NCBI GenBank assembly: GCA_964016885.1
Contig: OZ024745.1
Coordinates: 119,412,001-119,476,000 of the forward strand
Length of the DNA: 64,000 nucleotides
Reading direction: 5' to 3'
DNA from: Eledone cirrhosa
Taxonomy: Eukaryota
The notes under the pieces were generated by a model. That model had not been told where the DNA came from. It saw only the letters and a program-made list of their open reading frames with translations, and searched no databases. A program made the translations under genes and the position numbers. Numbering within the stretch: the stretch's first letter is position 1; each line of letters opens with the position of its first letter. Positions 1 to 11,940 of this stretch are shown in pieces.

Positions 1-269
1 ACCAGATGTAGCTCAACCACTGACATTTTGCTTTACGTATACCGCTGTTGGAAATACCACCAACCAGATCTAGCTCAACCACAGACATTTTGCCTTACGT
101 GTACCGCAGCTGGAAATACCACCAACCAGATCTAGCTCAACCACAGACATTTTGCTTAACGTGTACCGCAGCTGGAAATACCACCAACCAGATCTAGTTC
201 AAACACAGACATTTTGCCTTACGTGTACCGCAGCTGGAAATACCACCAACTATATCTAGCTCAACCACA
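1..269. repeat. 62-bp minisatellite, about 4.3 copies (runs off window start)
   Basis: Unit accagatctagctcaaccacagacattttgccttacgtgtaccgcagctggaaataccacca starts at 1, 63, 125, 187 and 249; no spacers. Confidence 0.95.
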
Positions 270-639
270 TAATGTCACACATTTAAAGGATATTAAAGTT
301 ACTTTGAATGATGATCTACCAATAGGAGACGAGATGGCGTATGTCTTGAAAACATCCATAAAACAACAAAAGTGCTAGGACAGACAAGCTGAAGCCTGAA
401 AGCTTGAAATATAATTGAAGTAAGAAACTCAATCTTGTGCTTCTCGTGCCATTTAATTTGACCTGATCGTTTGTGACGGCACCACATTCATCGCCATATG
501 TCAGCATAATGTGTTTGATTACGTAGGGTCCGTTCAGCATTGAACGGAATTACCGTGGGTTGTCAAACGGAACCAACATGAATCAGTTACTAGCAAAAAT
601 TGTCATGATACGATAAATAAGGTTTAAAAAACAAGCCCA

Positions 640-1700
640 AATGACTCCCAGTTTAGTAATTTGAGCTGAGAAGGAATCGATCAACAACTGGTGCTATATT
701 TGTGCTAATATCTCGTATCGACAAATACAATAATACTTTAATTGCTTTGTATATTGATATAAGTGCTGCATACTATCACATTACTTGGAATATTCTTTTC
801 AAAGTCTTACACTTGAGAATAGGTGGCAGATTCAATTCCGGGAATCAAAGAGAGGCTCTAATTATTGGTCGGTTACAGACAAGGAGGTCAAATGTCACCA
901 TACATATTAAATATCTATTTTGATTATTTTTTGAAGATGGCTGCATGTGAGATTGATAAACACTTTCTAGATAGCTGGGGCATCGAATTCTAATTTAATG
1001 TCCCACAATTCTACACAAACAGAAAACAGTGGAAAAGTAGCAGACTAAATGGTGTACAGATAGTCAAATGAATTCTCTATGTCAATCTCGTACTACACTG
1101 AAGGGAGCAAGAGCATGAATATATTAAATGATACATGCTGACGCTTTGGACACACTCTCTGTTATTCAAAGACAATGACCCGGGTTTACAAAAATAAAGA
1201 ACTGGCGAACTACCTTCATTGATTTCAATCGAGGAAAATGCAATGAATAATGCATCAGAGTTCACATATGTTGCTCAAACCTTCAGCAATAAAAAACAAG
1301 GCGCTTTTACAGAGCTCAGTGTATGAAAAGCAATAAGGATGGTCAATAAAATGAAACAAGTGTTCACTAACCAGAAAGCGAACATGACAATAAGTACAAA
1401 GCTAATGGGGACAGGTGTTTGATCTCACCTATTATATATAAATGAAGAATGTCAGGAAGTCGGACATTTGTTGGGTGGAGTTGATGAGGCAAATATTTAA
1501 TGGTGGCTTGAGTAGACTCCCAACTCCTAAATACGCAAAGGAGACAGAATGAGTCCGGCATATGAACACAGCTAACCTGCATATAACAAACAACAGTCAC
1601 AGACATGTGATGAAAAGTCAATACCTAAAATATATCGGTCATGTGTGTCGTTGAGGAAACACTATAATTGTGAAGTCGAAGCAGCCATACCAATGAGCTC
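640..1700 (+). mobile_element. Highly decayed non-LTR retrotransposon (RTE-like) reverse transcriptase region
   Basis: RT motifs in shifting frames: RRNRSTTGAIF (~677), LYIDISAAYYHITWNILFKVL (ORF 702..923), VGYRQGGQMSPYILNIYFD (~868-925), EFTYV (~1258) and C-terminal YLKYIGHVCR (~1622). Confidence 0.7.
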
Positions 1701-2138
1701 CTTGGATTATCACCAGTGAAGATGAGTTTCGCTGTATTGATTGAGCGACAATCCAACAATGCAACAACGTGGGTTGCTGCATTGGGGGAATATACACATA
1801 CAAGTGCAGCTTAATGATTAGGCTAAATATAAAAATATGTATTAATATCAAGGCTATATTTTCTTCATTGAGAGTCTTAAAATTTAATACAGATGTATAG
1901 AGAACAAAATATAGAAGTGCTATATGTCTGGCTTGAAGTTATGTTGTAAATTAAGAATTCTGGAATTAATTAAAATATTCGACAATGTTGATGTTAGTTC
2001 AACTTTGGAAATTGAACATATGGTTAGTTGCATTAAATATTGTTTGGTTGATTCTTAGATTTTAACACCAAATAAGATTGTTTGGCGCTCAGTAGTTCGG
2101 TACTGTAATGAATGCAAGCCCAACGAGATATTAAATTA

Positions 2139-2430
2139 CTGTATATGCGTACAAGTTGATCCGGTGCATAGGTCGATCCCTGAAATTCCGAGGCGTAATT
2201 CAGGTTAGACCCATATTCACTGGATAAGATGACTCCCCAAAAATAAGGCAGTTGCAGAGGAAATAATTAAAAAGATTTAGTGGCCCACTAAAGGCTAAGA
2301 AGACACTTCTAAAACATTTCAGTGGCAAGTGAGTTCTAACTCACTGACTAAACCAGCCTAGCCTAACTTTAACGAACCTATGGTAGCCTACCCTAGGTTA
2401 CGGCAAGTCATTGATATTATTATAATCTCA
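2139..2430 (+). mobile_element. 5' part of a non-autonomous TcMar (Tc2/pogo-like) DNA transposon, truncated by a Helitron
   Basis: Colinear with 25022-25310; begins TA|ctgtatatgcgtacaagttga. Confidence 0.7.
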
Positions 2431-3056
2431 CTAAGTTTACCGGGTTATTCACATTAGTAACCTGTATAGTTTGTCCTTGATATAGTCAAACGAGAGAGAG
2501 AGCGAGAGAGAGAGAGCTATTGTTATAGTATGTATATATGTATATGTCCCTGTATACATAGAAAAGAAAAAAACCCCGATCAATATGTTATTAGGTAGAT
2601 ATATAACTATGCACAACTCTATATATTTGATCCTAACTTTCTTTGTGTTAGACAGAGCATAATTAAATCCTTAATACTGTTTAATTATATGCAGTCTCAG
2701 AGAATATTAGATCTCAGAATGTATAACGGACTTTTCTGGCAAACTCACGTATGTAACATAACTAAACAATACCCACCAAATGAGGTTTTCTAATTAAGCT
2801 AATACACCATTTTTTATTACATTAACAACAAAAGTCCATCGTTGCCGGGCACAGCTTCATTGTAAATGAAGATCCCCTCTCTCATCAACATGGTCGTCTT
2901 TAAAATAGCCCCAGAATAGGAGGGGGCAATATTTAAACTATATGTTGATATGCCCTAGGAGCTAAAGAACCTATGTATCAAATTTGAACAGAATCAGATG
3001 GAAACTGTGGCAATGCATCACCTGCTTACAGACATTTTCGTTTTTATATATATAGC
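2431..3056 (-). mobile_element. Old non-autonomous Helitron (second family)
   Basis: Minus strand starts gctatatatataaaaacg (cf. TCTATATATATAAA) and ends with the hairpin caggttac...taacccgg plus TTAG|t (degenerate CTAG). Confidence 0.55.
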
Positions 3057-3069
3057 TTACACCTTACAC

Positions 3070-3265
3070 CAGACATGTCACACTGAGGGACCCCCCCCCT
3101 CCCCCGAGGGCCACATGGTTCACATATGTGTTGTCTGAGGGCTACACACGACGACTAATTTTACGAAGATAAAACATGTTTGCGCTGTAAAAATCTTTGT
3201 GCGGACCGCAGGTGTGCTTGTAAAGGACAGCATGTGACCCACGAGCCGCAAGTTTGAGATGCCTG
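3070..3265. mobile_element. hAT-type MITE
   Basis: Imperfect TIRs cagacatgtcacact / agtttgagatgcctg; 8-bp TSD-like flanks ccttacac / ctctacac. Confidence 0.7.
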
Positions 3266-3741
3266 CTCTACACCGTTCAAGTGAAATCCAGTCTCATAAC
3301 TTGTACACATATCATCGTACACATACTCACCTTTCATTTCACTGAGCGTACGATCTCTTTAGCTGGATTTAAATTACTGACCTGTCTCAGTCCATATTCT
3401 TAGATCGGCAACGCCTTGAAATGTCACCCCACCATATTTCACATGAATGTGCTGACTTACTGATACTGAAACACTTGATCTCAAACTCCTGCAACACAAG
3501 CACATCATATATTTATATATGTATATATAAGTGCTGATTAAACACACATGCTCCATGCTCCCGAAATATTTTCTCGTGTCTTTCTCTTCTAACTCTCATC
3601 AATTTTTATTTGTTCTTTTGTCTCTCGTTCTATTTCCTGATGAATGACTGAAGTCTGAATCGTCAAGACGCCTTTGCTGCTACATCAAGTGTTAAATTAT
3701 TATATATATTCCTTGAAATGTACCGATGTCCCGTGTTTCCT

Positions 3742-4240
3742 GAAACAGACTGTCAGTTTCTCTCCCTTCTTTCGCCGAAAAGAAGTAAGTAACATAGTCA
3801 CTACTTTAATACTGATAACGTATGGTCTTCTAAATGTTTTTAATTAAACATACGGTATATTGCCAACTATACTATACATACACTCATGTATACACCGCTA
3901 TTTCAGAGCACCATTCCTAATACCTAATTTTTGCTGGACCTGCAATCGCTCTGTATAATCAGTTCCTGATTATTACTGGAATTCTATAAGAATCCAGCTT
4001 CTATAATTTTCGTCGAAAGCAGGGGAATACGTGGCTGTGATGAACGCCAACCAGCGTGAAACAGACTTCCAGCTTCTCTCCCTTCTATCACCGAAAAGAA
4101 GTAAGTGACACAGTCACTACTTTAATACTGATAACGTAAGGTCTTCTAAACGTTTTTAATTAAACATACGGTATATGTCCAAATATACTATACATACATT
4201 CATGTATACACCGCTATTTCAGAACACCAATCCTAATACC
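3742..4240 (+). mobile_element. PLE/retrozyme-like element with a tandem partial repeat (period ~316 bp) and a decayed hammerhead at 4033-4074
   Basis: Direct repeats begin gaaacagact at 3742 and 4058; homologous to 30938-31300 (minus), which carries an intact HHR. Confidence 0.7.
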
Positions 4241-4351
4241 CGTGTGTGTGTGTGTGGGGGGGGGGGGGATATGTGTGACTCCTGGGTTCAATCGGGGTAA
4301 CCACAATAAGTAAGGTGCTCAATACATTCGTACAGTGTATACAACAACATT

Positions 4352-4435
4352 TAATGTAGAAATAGCTTCTACAGGACAAGAACTGTTTCCTTCGAATGAA
4401 ACAGTTCTAGTCCAGTAGAAGCCATTTCTACATTA
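4352..4435. repeat. Fold-back palindrome made of two inverted hammerhead 3' halves
   Basis: taatgtagaaatagcttctacaggacaagaactgtttc|cttcgaat|gaaacagttctagtccagtagaagccatttctacatta; same family as the HHR at 23472-23515. Confidence 0.85.
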
Positions 4436-4659
4436 CATTTTGTTATATATATCCTTAGTACTAAGGAGCTATTCAAACTATCATATGTGTGTGTATATAT
4501 ATGTATATATACACATATATATATATTATTTATCAAATATTTCTTCACAGGAACCTTTATTCTTATAGCCTGGTGTAATTGATTTTTTATATGGTTAATT
4601 AAGCTAATTGGGAGAGGAAATTGTATATATTTTATCTAATCATTCTAAGGACACTATTT

Positions 4660-4672
4660 ATGATATATATAT

Positions 4673-4703
<31 letters not shown>

Positions 4704-4765
4704 CCTATACACACATATATATATATATATATACCTATACCTATACACACATATATATATATACC

Positions 4766-4800
<35 letters not shown>

Positions 4801-4801
4801 C

Positions 4802-4848
<47 letters not shown>

Positions 4849-4871
4849 ATATATACATATATATATATACC

Positions 4872-4939
<68 letters not shown>

Positions 4940-4980
4940 TATATGTGTATGTGTGTGTGTGTGTGTGTGCGTGCGTGCGT
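4660..4980. repeat. (TA)n/(TG)n compound microsatellite
   Basis: Direct inspection. Confidence 0.97.
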
Positions 4981-5183
4981 TTGTATCTGTATGTGACTAA
5001 TATAGTACTTAACCAGTTCATACATTTTTAGATTGATTTACAATAGAGCATTAAGTATCTCATTAAAATATAAATATCAATGTGTGCAAATATTGTTTTA
5101 GGCATATGTAGGAAGTGAAAGGAAAGTAACTTTATGTCGTCAGTGTTTCTCAGAGCCATGCATATTGGAGTTTACATCATTTA

Positions 5184-6173
5184 TCTATATATATAAAACT
5201 GTGGTTGTCTGTCTGTCTATCGATTTTTGGCACACATCTCCTCTTAGAATCTCTCACGGAATTGCACCGAAATTGCTATACTTGTACATTGAGCCCTAGC
5301 GAAGACATCCGAAAAAAAATAATTTCAAATTGACCCACCCTATGTGACGAAATCGAATATAATGTATCGATTTTTGAGCGTAAGTTATCAGTTATTTCCC
5401 TTTGTTCTGTTTACATTGAGCGTCTTACGTAAAAAATTACGCTGGCTTTCTCAGCGTTTAAAATGACATTAACACAATACACGAACGAACAGTTGTCGAG
5501 CCAGCAAAATATTGACCTGCAAAATTCATCAGTTCGAACACTAAGCTTCCGTTTTGCTTCATTTCCATTTAAAAGCATTTTAAAACAATATTTTTACTTG
5601 AAAACAAGTCTATTTAAAGACTACGTAAAACAAGCAAATATTTCGTCGTTAGGCGTGCGGACAGACAGTCGTGCAGACAGACAGTCGTGCAGAGAGGTGA
5701 TATACGCGTGCAGACAGATAGTCGTGCAGAGAGGTGATATAGGCGTGCAGACAGACAGTCGTGCAGAGAGGTGATATAGGCGTGCAGACAGACAGTCGTG
5801 CAGAGAGGTGATATAGGCGTGCAGACAGACAGTCGTGCAGAGAGGTGATATAGGCGTGCAGACAGACATAACTGATAATTTGGTTACGCTAATGTTTTTC
5901 TCTGCGTTGCAGTGTTTACATTTTCGATCTTTGTTAATAAATAACCAGTGCAGTTTCTATCCCCAGCATCCTCTTTTGTTATAACATTCGGGTTATCGTT
6001 ATGTTTTCTTAACTTCATAAAGCATATTGTTGGTTGAGGGAATATTAATCAAAAACACCACATGCAAGTCTGCACAGTAGACACTACAGTTTTTAAGCCA
6101 AAAAAGAAACTTAACATTGTAACTTTAACACAGCTACTGAGCGACCCCGAGCAACGCCGGGCTTTACTGCTAG
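5184..6173 (+). mobile_element. Non-autonomous Helitron, full length
   Basis: 5' TCTATATATATAAA; 3' GC-rich hairpin cccgagcaacgccggg followed by CTAG; inserted between A (5183) and T (6174) with no TSD. Confidence 0.92.
5651..5868. repeat. 37-bp minisatellite inside Helitron, about 5.5 copies
   Basis: Unit aggcgtgcagacagacagtcgtgcagagaggtgatat (e.g. at 5741, 5778). Confidence 0.93.
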
Positions 6174-6220
6174 TACATTATAGAGTCGTTAAGACGTACG
6201 TCGGATAGAATAATTTACGG

Positions 6221-6550
6221 CAGACATGGGCAACCTTTTTCGAGAAGCGAGCCGCATGAGATATGGCTTATCATCTGGCAGGCCTCAAGCGCTAATTTAG
6301 ATTCATGCCCACATTAAAACAAAAAAAAAAAGGTTGTTTTGATTTGTTTCTTCAGAATTCGTACACGTTGTTTTCTTTGATCGTAAAAATGATAGAAAGA
6401 TAAAAAGATTAAGATAGAAAGATTAAAACCTCTCTCCAGTTAATATACAATAAAGGAAAATCCCTGTCTCCTATCTCATATATACAATTAACCAAGCTTT
6501 AAACATCCTTCTATCTATCTGCAACTGAACGGATTCACGACATTTACGTT
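6221..6550. mobile_element. Probable hAT-type element end, interrupted by a Helitron
   Basis: Starts cagacatgggcaacc...gagccgc, a hAT-like terminus similar to 3070; the other end is not clearly found. Confidence 0.4.
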
Positions 6551-6551
6551 A

Positions 6552-7430
6552 TCTATATATATAAAGCTGTGGTTGTCTGTCTGTCTATCGATTTTTGGCA
6601 CACATCTCCTCTTAGAATCTCTGACGGAATTGCACCGAAATTGCTATACTTGTACATTGAGCCCTAGCGAAGACATCGGAAAAAAATATTTCAAATTGAC
6701 CCACCCTATGTGACGAAATCGAATCTAATGTATCGATTTTTGAGCGTAAGTGACGAGTTATTTCCCTTTATTCTATATATATAAAGCTGTGGTTGTCTGT
6801 CTGTCTATCGATTTTTGGCACACACCTCCTCTTAGAATCTCTGACGGAATTGCACCGACATTGCTATACTTGTACATTGAGCCCTAGCGAAGACATCGGA
6901 AAAAAATATTTCAAATTGACCCACCCTATGTGACGAAATCGAATCTAATGTATCGATTTTTGAGCGTAAGTGACGAGTTATTTCCCTTTGTTCTGTTTAC
7001 ATTGAGCGTCTTACGTTCTGTTTACATTTTCTGCGTGCAAAAATTAAAAAAATTACGCTGGCTTTCTCAGCGTTTAAAATGACATTAACACAATACACGA
7101 ACAGTTGTCGAGCCAGCAAAATTTTGACCTGCAAAATTCATCAGTTCGAACACTAAGATTCCGTTTTGCTTCATTTCCATTTAAAAGCCTTTTAAAACAG
7201 TATTTTTACTTAAAAACAAGTCTATTTAAAGACTACGTAAAACAAGCAAATATTTCGTAAAAAAAAGCAAAAATTATATAAGTTTATTTAAAATATATGT
7301 ATCTGTAAATTTCGTTAGGCGTGCAGACAGACAGTCGTGCAGACAGACTTTAAGCCAAAAAAGAAACTTAACATTGTAACTTTAACACAGCTACTGAGCG
7401 ACCCCGAGCAACGCCGGGCTTTACTGCTAG
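6552..7430 (+). mobile_element. Non-autonomous Helitron with tandemly duplicated 5' 220 bp (6552-6771 plus full copy 6772-7430)
   Basis: Two TCTATATATATAAAG starts (6552, 6772); same 3' hairpin and CTAG|T as 5184-6173; preceded by A. Confidence 0.92.
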
Positions 7431-8050
7431 TAAATGATAAAGGTATTAATGGTTAAATTATTTTGAAAACTATGTTTACACGGTCCCATTCTAAATTCTG
7501 GTTTAAAGTGAAATCAAACTAATCACTGGTAGAAGCCTGCAAAAAAATCTCATAAGTCGCTGATAGCAAGTTCCATTGTTGAAATATAATCCTTACAAAA
7601 TCAATCCGTACTAAAAGCACTATATTAAACTCAGTCATCTTTACTAGTTTCAGTAGTAAGACTGTGGCCAAGCTGGAGCATCACCTTCAAGGAATTTAAT
7701 CATTCAAATCGAATGCAATACTTCTTTTCGAGGCTGGTAGATATTTTTCAATCTTGGTTTATCGAAGTTATGTTACAGGATGTACACATACACACACACA
7801 CATACACACAAACACACATGTAGTGGCTTGTTATTTAGAGAGTTATAACAATGGAAATGGGCGTCAAAAATCGACAACATTGTTGCCTAATCAGCCTGTA
7901 ATATTTCGGTATTCAGGATTCCATCTTCTCGTCAAAAAGAATAATAATAAAAAAAACAGTTGGGAAAACTAAGTATGAGAAGAGTACATTGTGCTGTTCT
8001 TATGCTGGAATTTATCCAACTTATGTTTCCCAAATCTTTCTATATATATA

Positions 8051-8201
8051 ATTATTTGTTTCTACTTTTGGCACACGACCTCGTAAGGATGAAAGGCAAG
8101 TTAACCTCGGCAGGATTTGAACTCATACCATAAAGAGCCGTAACTCTATGCTGCAAAGTATGGCGTCCGACCCTCTACCAATACTGCCAATCGACCGCCC
8201 T
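8051..8201 (-). mobile_element. tRNA-derived SINE (dominant family), internally deleted copy
   Basis: A-box-like tggcagtat..g and B-box gagttcaaatcc; central gcctttcatccttacg; 3' gtgccaaaagtagaaac. Confidence 0.85.
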
Positions 8202-8365
8202 TTACATGAAATAATAATGAACGTGGCCTGCAGATAAATTTGCTTTTAAGATTTGTGGATTTGGTTTGTTCTTTGAAGTTAATAGGTAATAATAAAGAAA
8301 AGTTAAACATTAAAAAGAAAATAGATAATTGACGACAAAGAAAATTAAGTTCATTTGTGATATAA

Positions 8366-8561
8366 ACCTTTAGTATTTTAACCGCCGTATCCGGCCAGAA
8401 ATCTCTCACTTCTTTCTGTTCAAACTGGCAGTAACTGAAGTTAAGTTATTGTTCCCAAAATAAATAATATAGATTTAATATTATGTGAGATAATTGTGTG
8501 AGGTAAAACCTTTACCATGAAAATGCCATAGTATATATAGAGTAATGTAAATACTAAAGGG
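8366..8561. mobile_element. piggyBac-type MITE
   Basis: Homologous to 60377-60637; ends taaatactaaaggg|TTAA. Confidence 0.75.
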
Positions 8562-8569
8562 TTAAAAGA

Positions 8570-9200
8570 GAGTTGTCTATTAGGTATAAAGTGTGCAGGC
8601 TAGTGTCAGAATGTCTGTAGGTGCCGCGGAAGATGAGGAGGAGAGTATGCTCATTAAACTATAGCCTGATATTTCATGGAGTGAAATACATGGACTATAG
8701 TTGGAATGGCCAGTCACCCAATGACAGAATTCCATAATTCAGATAATGTGAGTTAACTGTCTCTAGTTCAAAGGATGGGATTACAAATAGCTGACATCTA
8801 AAAGTTGTTTTTGAAACATGTCGAATCGCATACGAGAAAGTAAAAAGGGATATGAGGAAAGGCATTGCTGTTGCATTTCCTGACAGCGAAGGTCCTCCTA
8901 TGGCGTTGACATGCAGCGTCTGCGTGAGACTGCCGCAACAAAGCTGGACTCGAAAGTCATCTTCGCAGACATAAAGTTAAATCAATGGTTGACTACAAGC
9001 TGCTGTCGAAGATACTATTCATCATACCTCTCAAGCATGTGGAAGAGAGTGTAGATCACCAGGAGGGCCCAAACGACATGCAAAAGTACAAGAATCCAAC
9101 CAAAGCTGGCTGTTGCCAGTGAATGTTTTGGTTGTCAACTCTGTGCAAGACATTTCAGATCATTGGCTGAGCTAAAAAGCGACATTCGATCGCAGCTCCA
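8570..9200 (+). mobile_element. Decayed RTE (BovB-like) LINE 3' fragment
   Basis: C-terminal zinc-knuckle-like FGCQLCARHFRSLAELKSDIR (~9127-9190). Confidence 0.5.
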
Positions 9201-9236
9201 TTAATTGTTAATATTTATATATTATTAAGTAGAAAC

Positions 9237-10668
9237 GGAGAGGCAGGTCCATGCCGTCCAACAGCGTCGTCGGGCGATGGACGGATGGATCGATTAAATT
9301 GCTAGGGATCTGGTTCGCTCCAGACCTCCAGACGGACAAAAACTAGGACGAGGTGACGAACAGGGTGGCTTCCCTCACCCAGAAATGGACAGAGAGGAAG
9401 CTATCCCTGAAAGGTCGAGCGGAGGTGGCGAATGCGTACATCGCGTCCGCCATCTACTACCGCCTGACCGTCGTGACTTATACTAAACATCGTCTGACAG
9501 GGGTGGAGCGTTTGCTATTTCGCTTATTGTGAAGGGACGCGCTCCGATGGTCTGGTGGTCCATCTGCTTTCAACACCCGCTACGTGGAGAGCTGGGCATC
9601 CCGTTGCTGATGATGCGCAGACACGCGCTCAGGCTACGGCATCTCCACCTCTTCCTCTAAGGTGATCAGGTGTGGTCGCCATATGCTAGACGCGTGTTTC
9701 CCAGCTCGTCTCCTTGACAGCGCTGCAGTCCTGGGTCAAGAGAAGATCGAGAGGGAGCGTTTGGAGACTGGAATGTCTTCAGGCGCTCACAACCCTCGAC
9801 CAGTCGGGCAATGCGATCGGTGGAAACTCCACCTCGGCGTTCTATAGAGGATTAGTGGAGGGGAAGAGCGACGACGTACTTGGGGAGACTCTGTTCGGGA
9901 GAAATTTCGGGCCGGAGCCTATGGATAACTTCCAGAAATCCCTGGCCTGGCAATGCTGCCCAGAAGATTTGCCAGTTCGGGATAAACTCTACAGGCATGG
10001 AAGTGCCATCAGCCGGGCATGTCCGAAATGTGCACAGGGTGACGAAACCGTCCTGCATACACTCGCCCAGTGTCCGAGCATTGCTGACTTGTGGGTTTAT
10101 GTCGAACACCTGCTGTCACGTGTAGGACGGATCCGGCTATCAGCTGAGTCCATCGTGAAGATTACCCCGCCCTCTTCCTTTAGCCGGGAAGGGCAGGCAG
10201 TTTTTATATGTCTGGTGGCCATGGTGAAAGAGATAGTGTGGTGGGCGCGTTTGAAAGGGCTGAAGACGAGCACTTACCTCTTCGGTGATGCCGTGATTAA
10301 CTTTTTCAAATTTCATTTGAAAAGGAAAATCGGGGTAAAGAGGGAAGTACTCTCTTCCCAGCATTTTGTTGAGAGATGCGTGAGAGAGGCAAGCATGGCC
10401 TGAGTGAATGAAGGTGGAAATCTGGGAGAGGGCTCTTGCCTTGGTGGTCAGGGTTACCGTGGCTTTTTTAATGGGTTTTCTCCACGAATGTCCCTCGGAA
10501 GTCTACCCCCTATTGGGGAATTTTTCAAATTTTTCATTGTTTCTTTTTTTGTTACATCCTCTGTTTTTATTTTTTACACTCAGAAATGCCCACTTGTACC
10601 GTCCTGTATTGTACTCTATTGTCCTTAATGTTTTACTGTGTGTAAACCTTGTGGTTAATAAAGAAAGC
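9237..10668 (+). mobile_element. 5'-truncated L1/Tx1-clade LINE (ORF2 C-terminus with zf-RVT/CCHC region) with a 16-bp TSD
   Basis: IKLLGIWF...RKLSLKGRAEVAN motif; ORF 9714..10403 has LPVRDKL...CPKC...ETVLHTLAQCP; AATAAA near the 3' end; exact TSD attattaagtagaaac at 9221-9236 and 10669-10684. Confidence 0.92.
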
Positions 10669-10749
10669 ATTATTAAGTAGAAACAATTATTATTATTATT
10701 TTTTTTTTGTGCAATGATCATACTCGATAACGAGGGGGCAGCCATCATC

Positions 10750-10771
10750 ATGTATGTATGCATGAATGCAC

Positions 10772-10820
<49 letters not shown>

Positions 10821-10955
10821 TGCATGTATGTATGTATGCTTGTATGCATATATGTATGTATACATGTATGCATGTATATATATATATAAATATATGTATG
10901 CATGTATATATTTATATTGTATGGTTAAATGTATGTATGAATGTATGTATATATG
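10750..10955. repeat. (TA)n/(TATG)n microsatellite
   Basis: Direct inspection. Confidence 0.95.
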
Positions 10956-11722
10956 TTTTTGCCCACTTATAATGAAATAAGATTAAGAATACATAACATT
11001 GGCCATACACCACCAACAGATCCGCCATGAAAACATCAGACAAATCCTCTAAACTAGGCACATTACAGGAATTAATTATCCAGTGCATTACTGGTACTTT
11101 ATTTTATCGACCCCGTAAGGATGAAAGGCAAAGATAAAATAATGATATATGGGTGGGAACAACCAAGTTACACAGAATTAATTATGATAAATTATTTTAT
11201 CTTTTCTACAATAGGTAAGGAGAGATTTTACGTGAACGGGTTTATGCTAGTGGTTTCTTAACAAGTTGTTTAAAAGATTGCCAATACTATGCTTGTCTCA
11301 CATGTCTGTAAGGAAACCTATGTATGTACAACCACGCGCACACGCAGGCAGACATGCAGGGAGACCGACAAGCAGACCGACAGACCGACAGACAGACAGG
11401 CAGGCAGGCAGCAGACAGACAGGCATGCAGACATACAGAGACAGAGAGGCACACACACAAATACACATACACACACGCACACATGCACACACACACCTAG
11501 GATTTCTCTTAGGATAAATATATGGAATTTGTTGTGGAATTTTAATCCTCTGACCACATTTTTGTGCCACAAAATCGTTTCCTTCTTGTTGGAAGGGAAG
11601 AATGTTACCTGCACTTTGCTGTACGTTTGTGTCTTTAATAAACTGTTCATTAACGCCATATCAACTCTCATCAGACATGTTTTCAATACTTTTTCACACA
11701 GGTTCTGTTCATTCTGTTCATT

Positions 11723-11940
11723 GGCGTCTGGCTGAGTAGTTATTGAATTAGATTTACAATAGTGAGGGTGTGGGTTCCATTCCCAGACCGGGCCATGCGT
11801 TATGTCCTTGAGCAAGACACTTTATTTCACGTTGCTCCTTTTACCTGGAGTTGCGACTGATAGAAAGTATTAACAATTGGAAAGATCAATGGAAACATTG
11901 TTTTCTCGGTCCAATTTGACGAAAGGTTGATCGACTGTCT
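11723..11940 (+). mobile_element. tRNA-derived CORE-type SINE
   Basis: A box tggctgagtag, B box gggttccattccc, CORE-like gtccttgagcaagacactt; second copy at 27305-27558. Confidence 0.75.
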
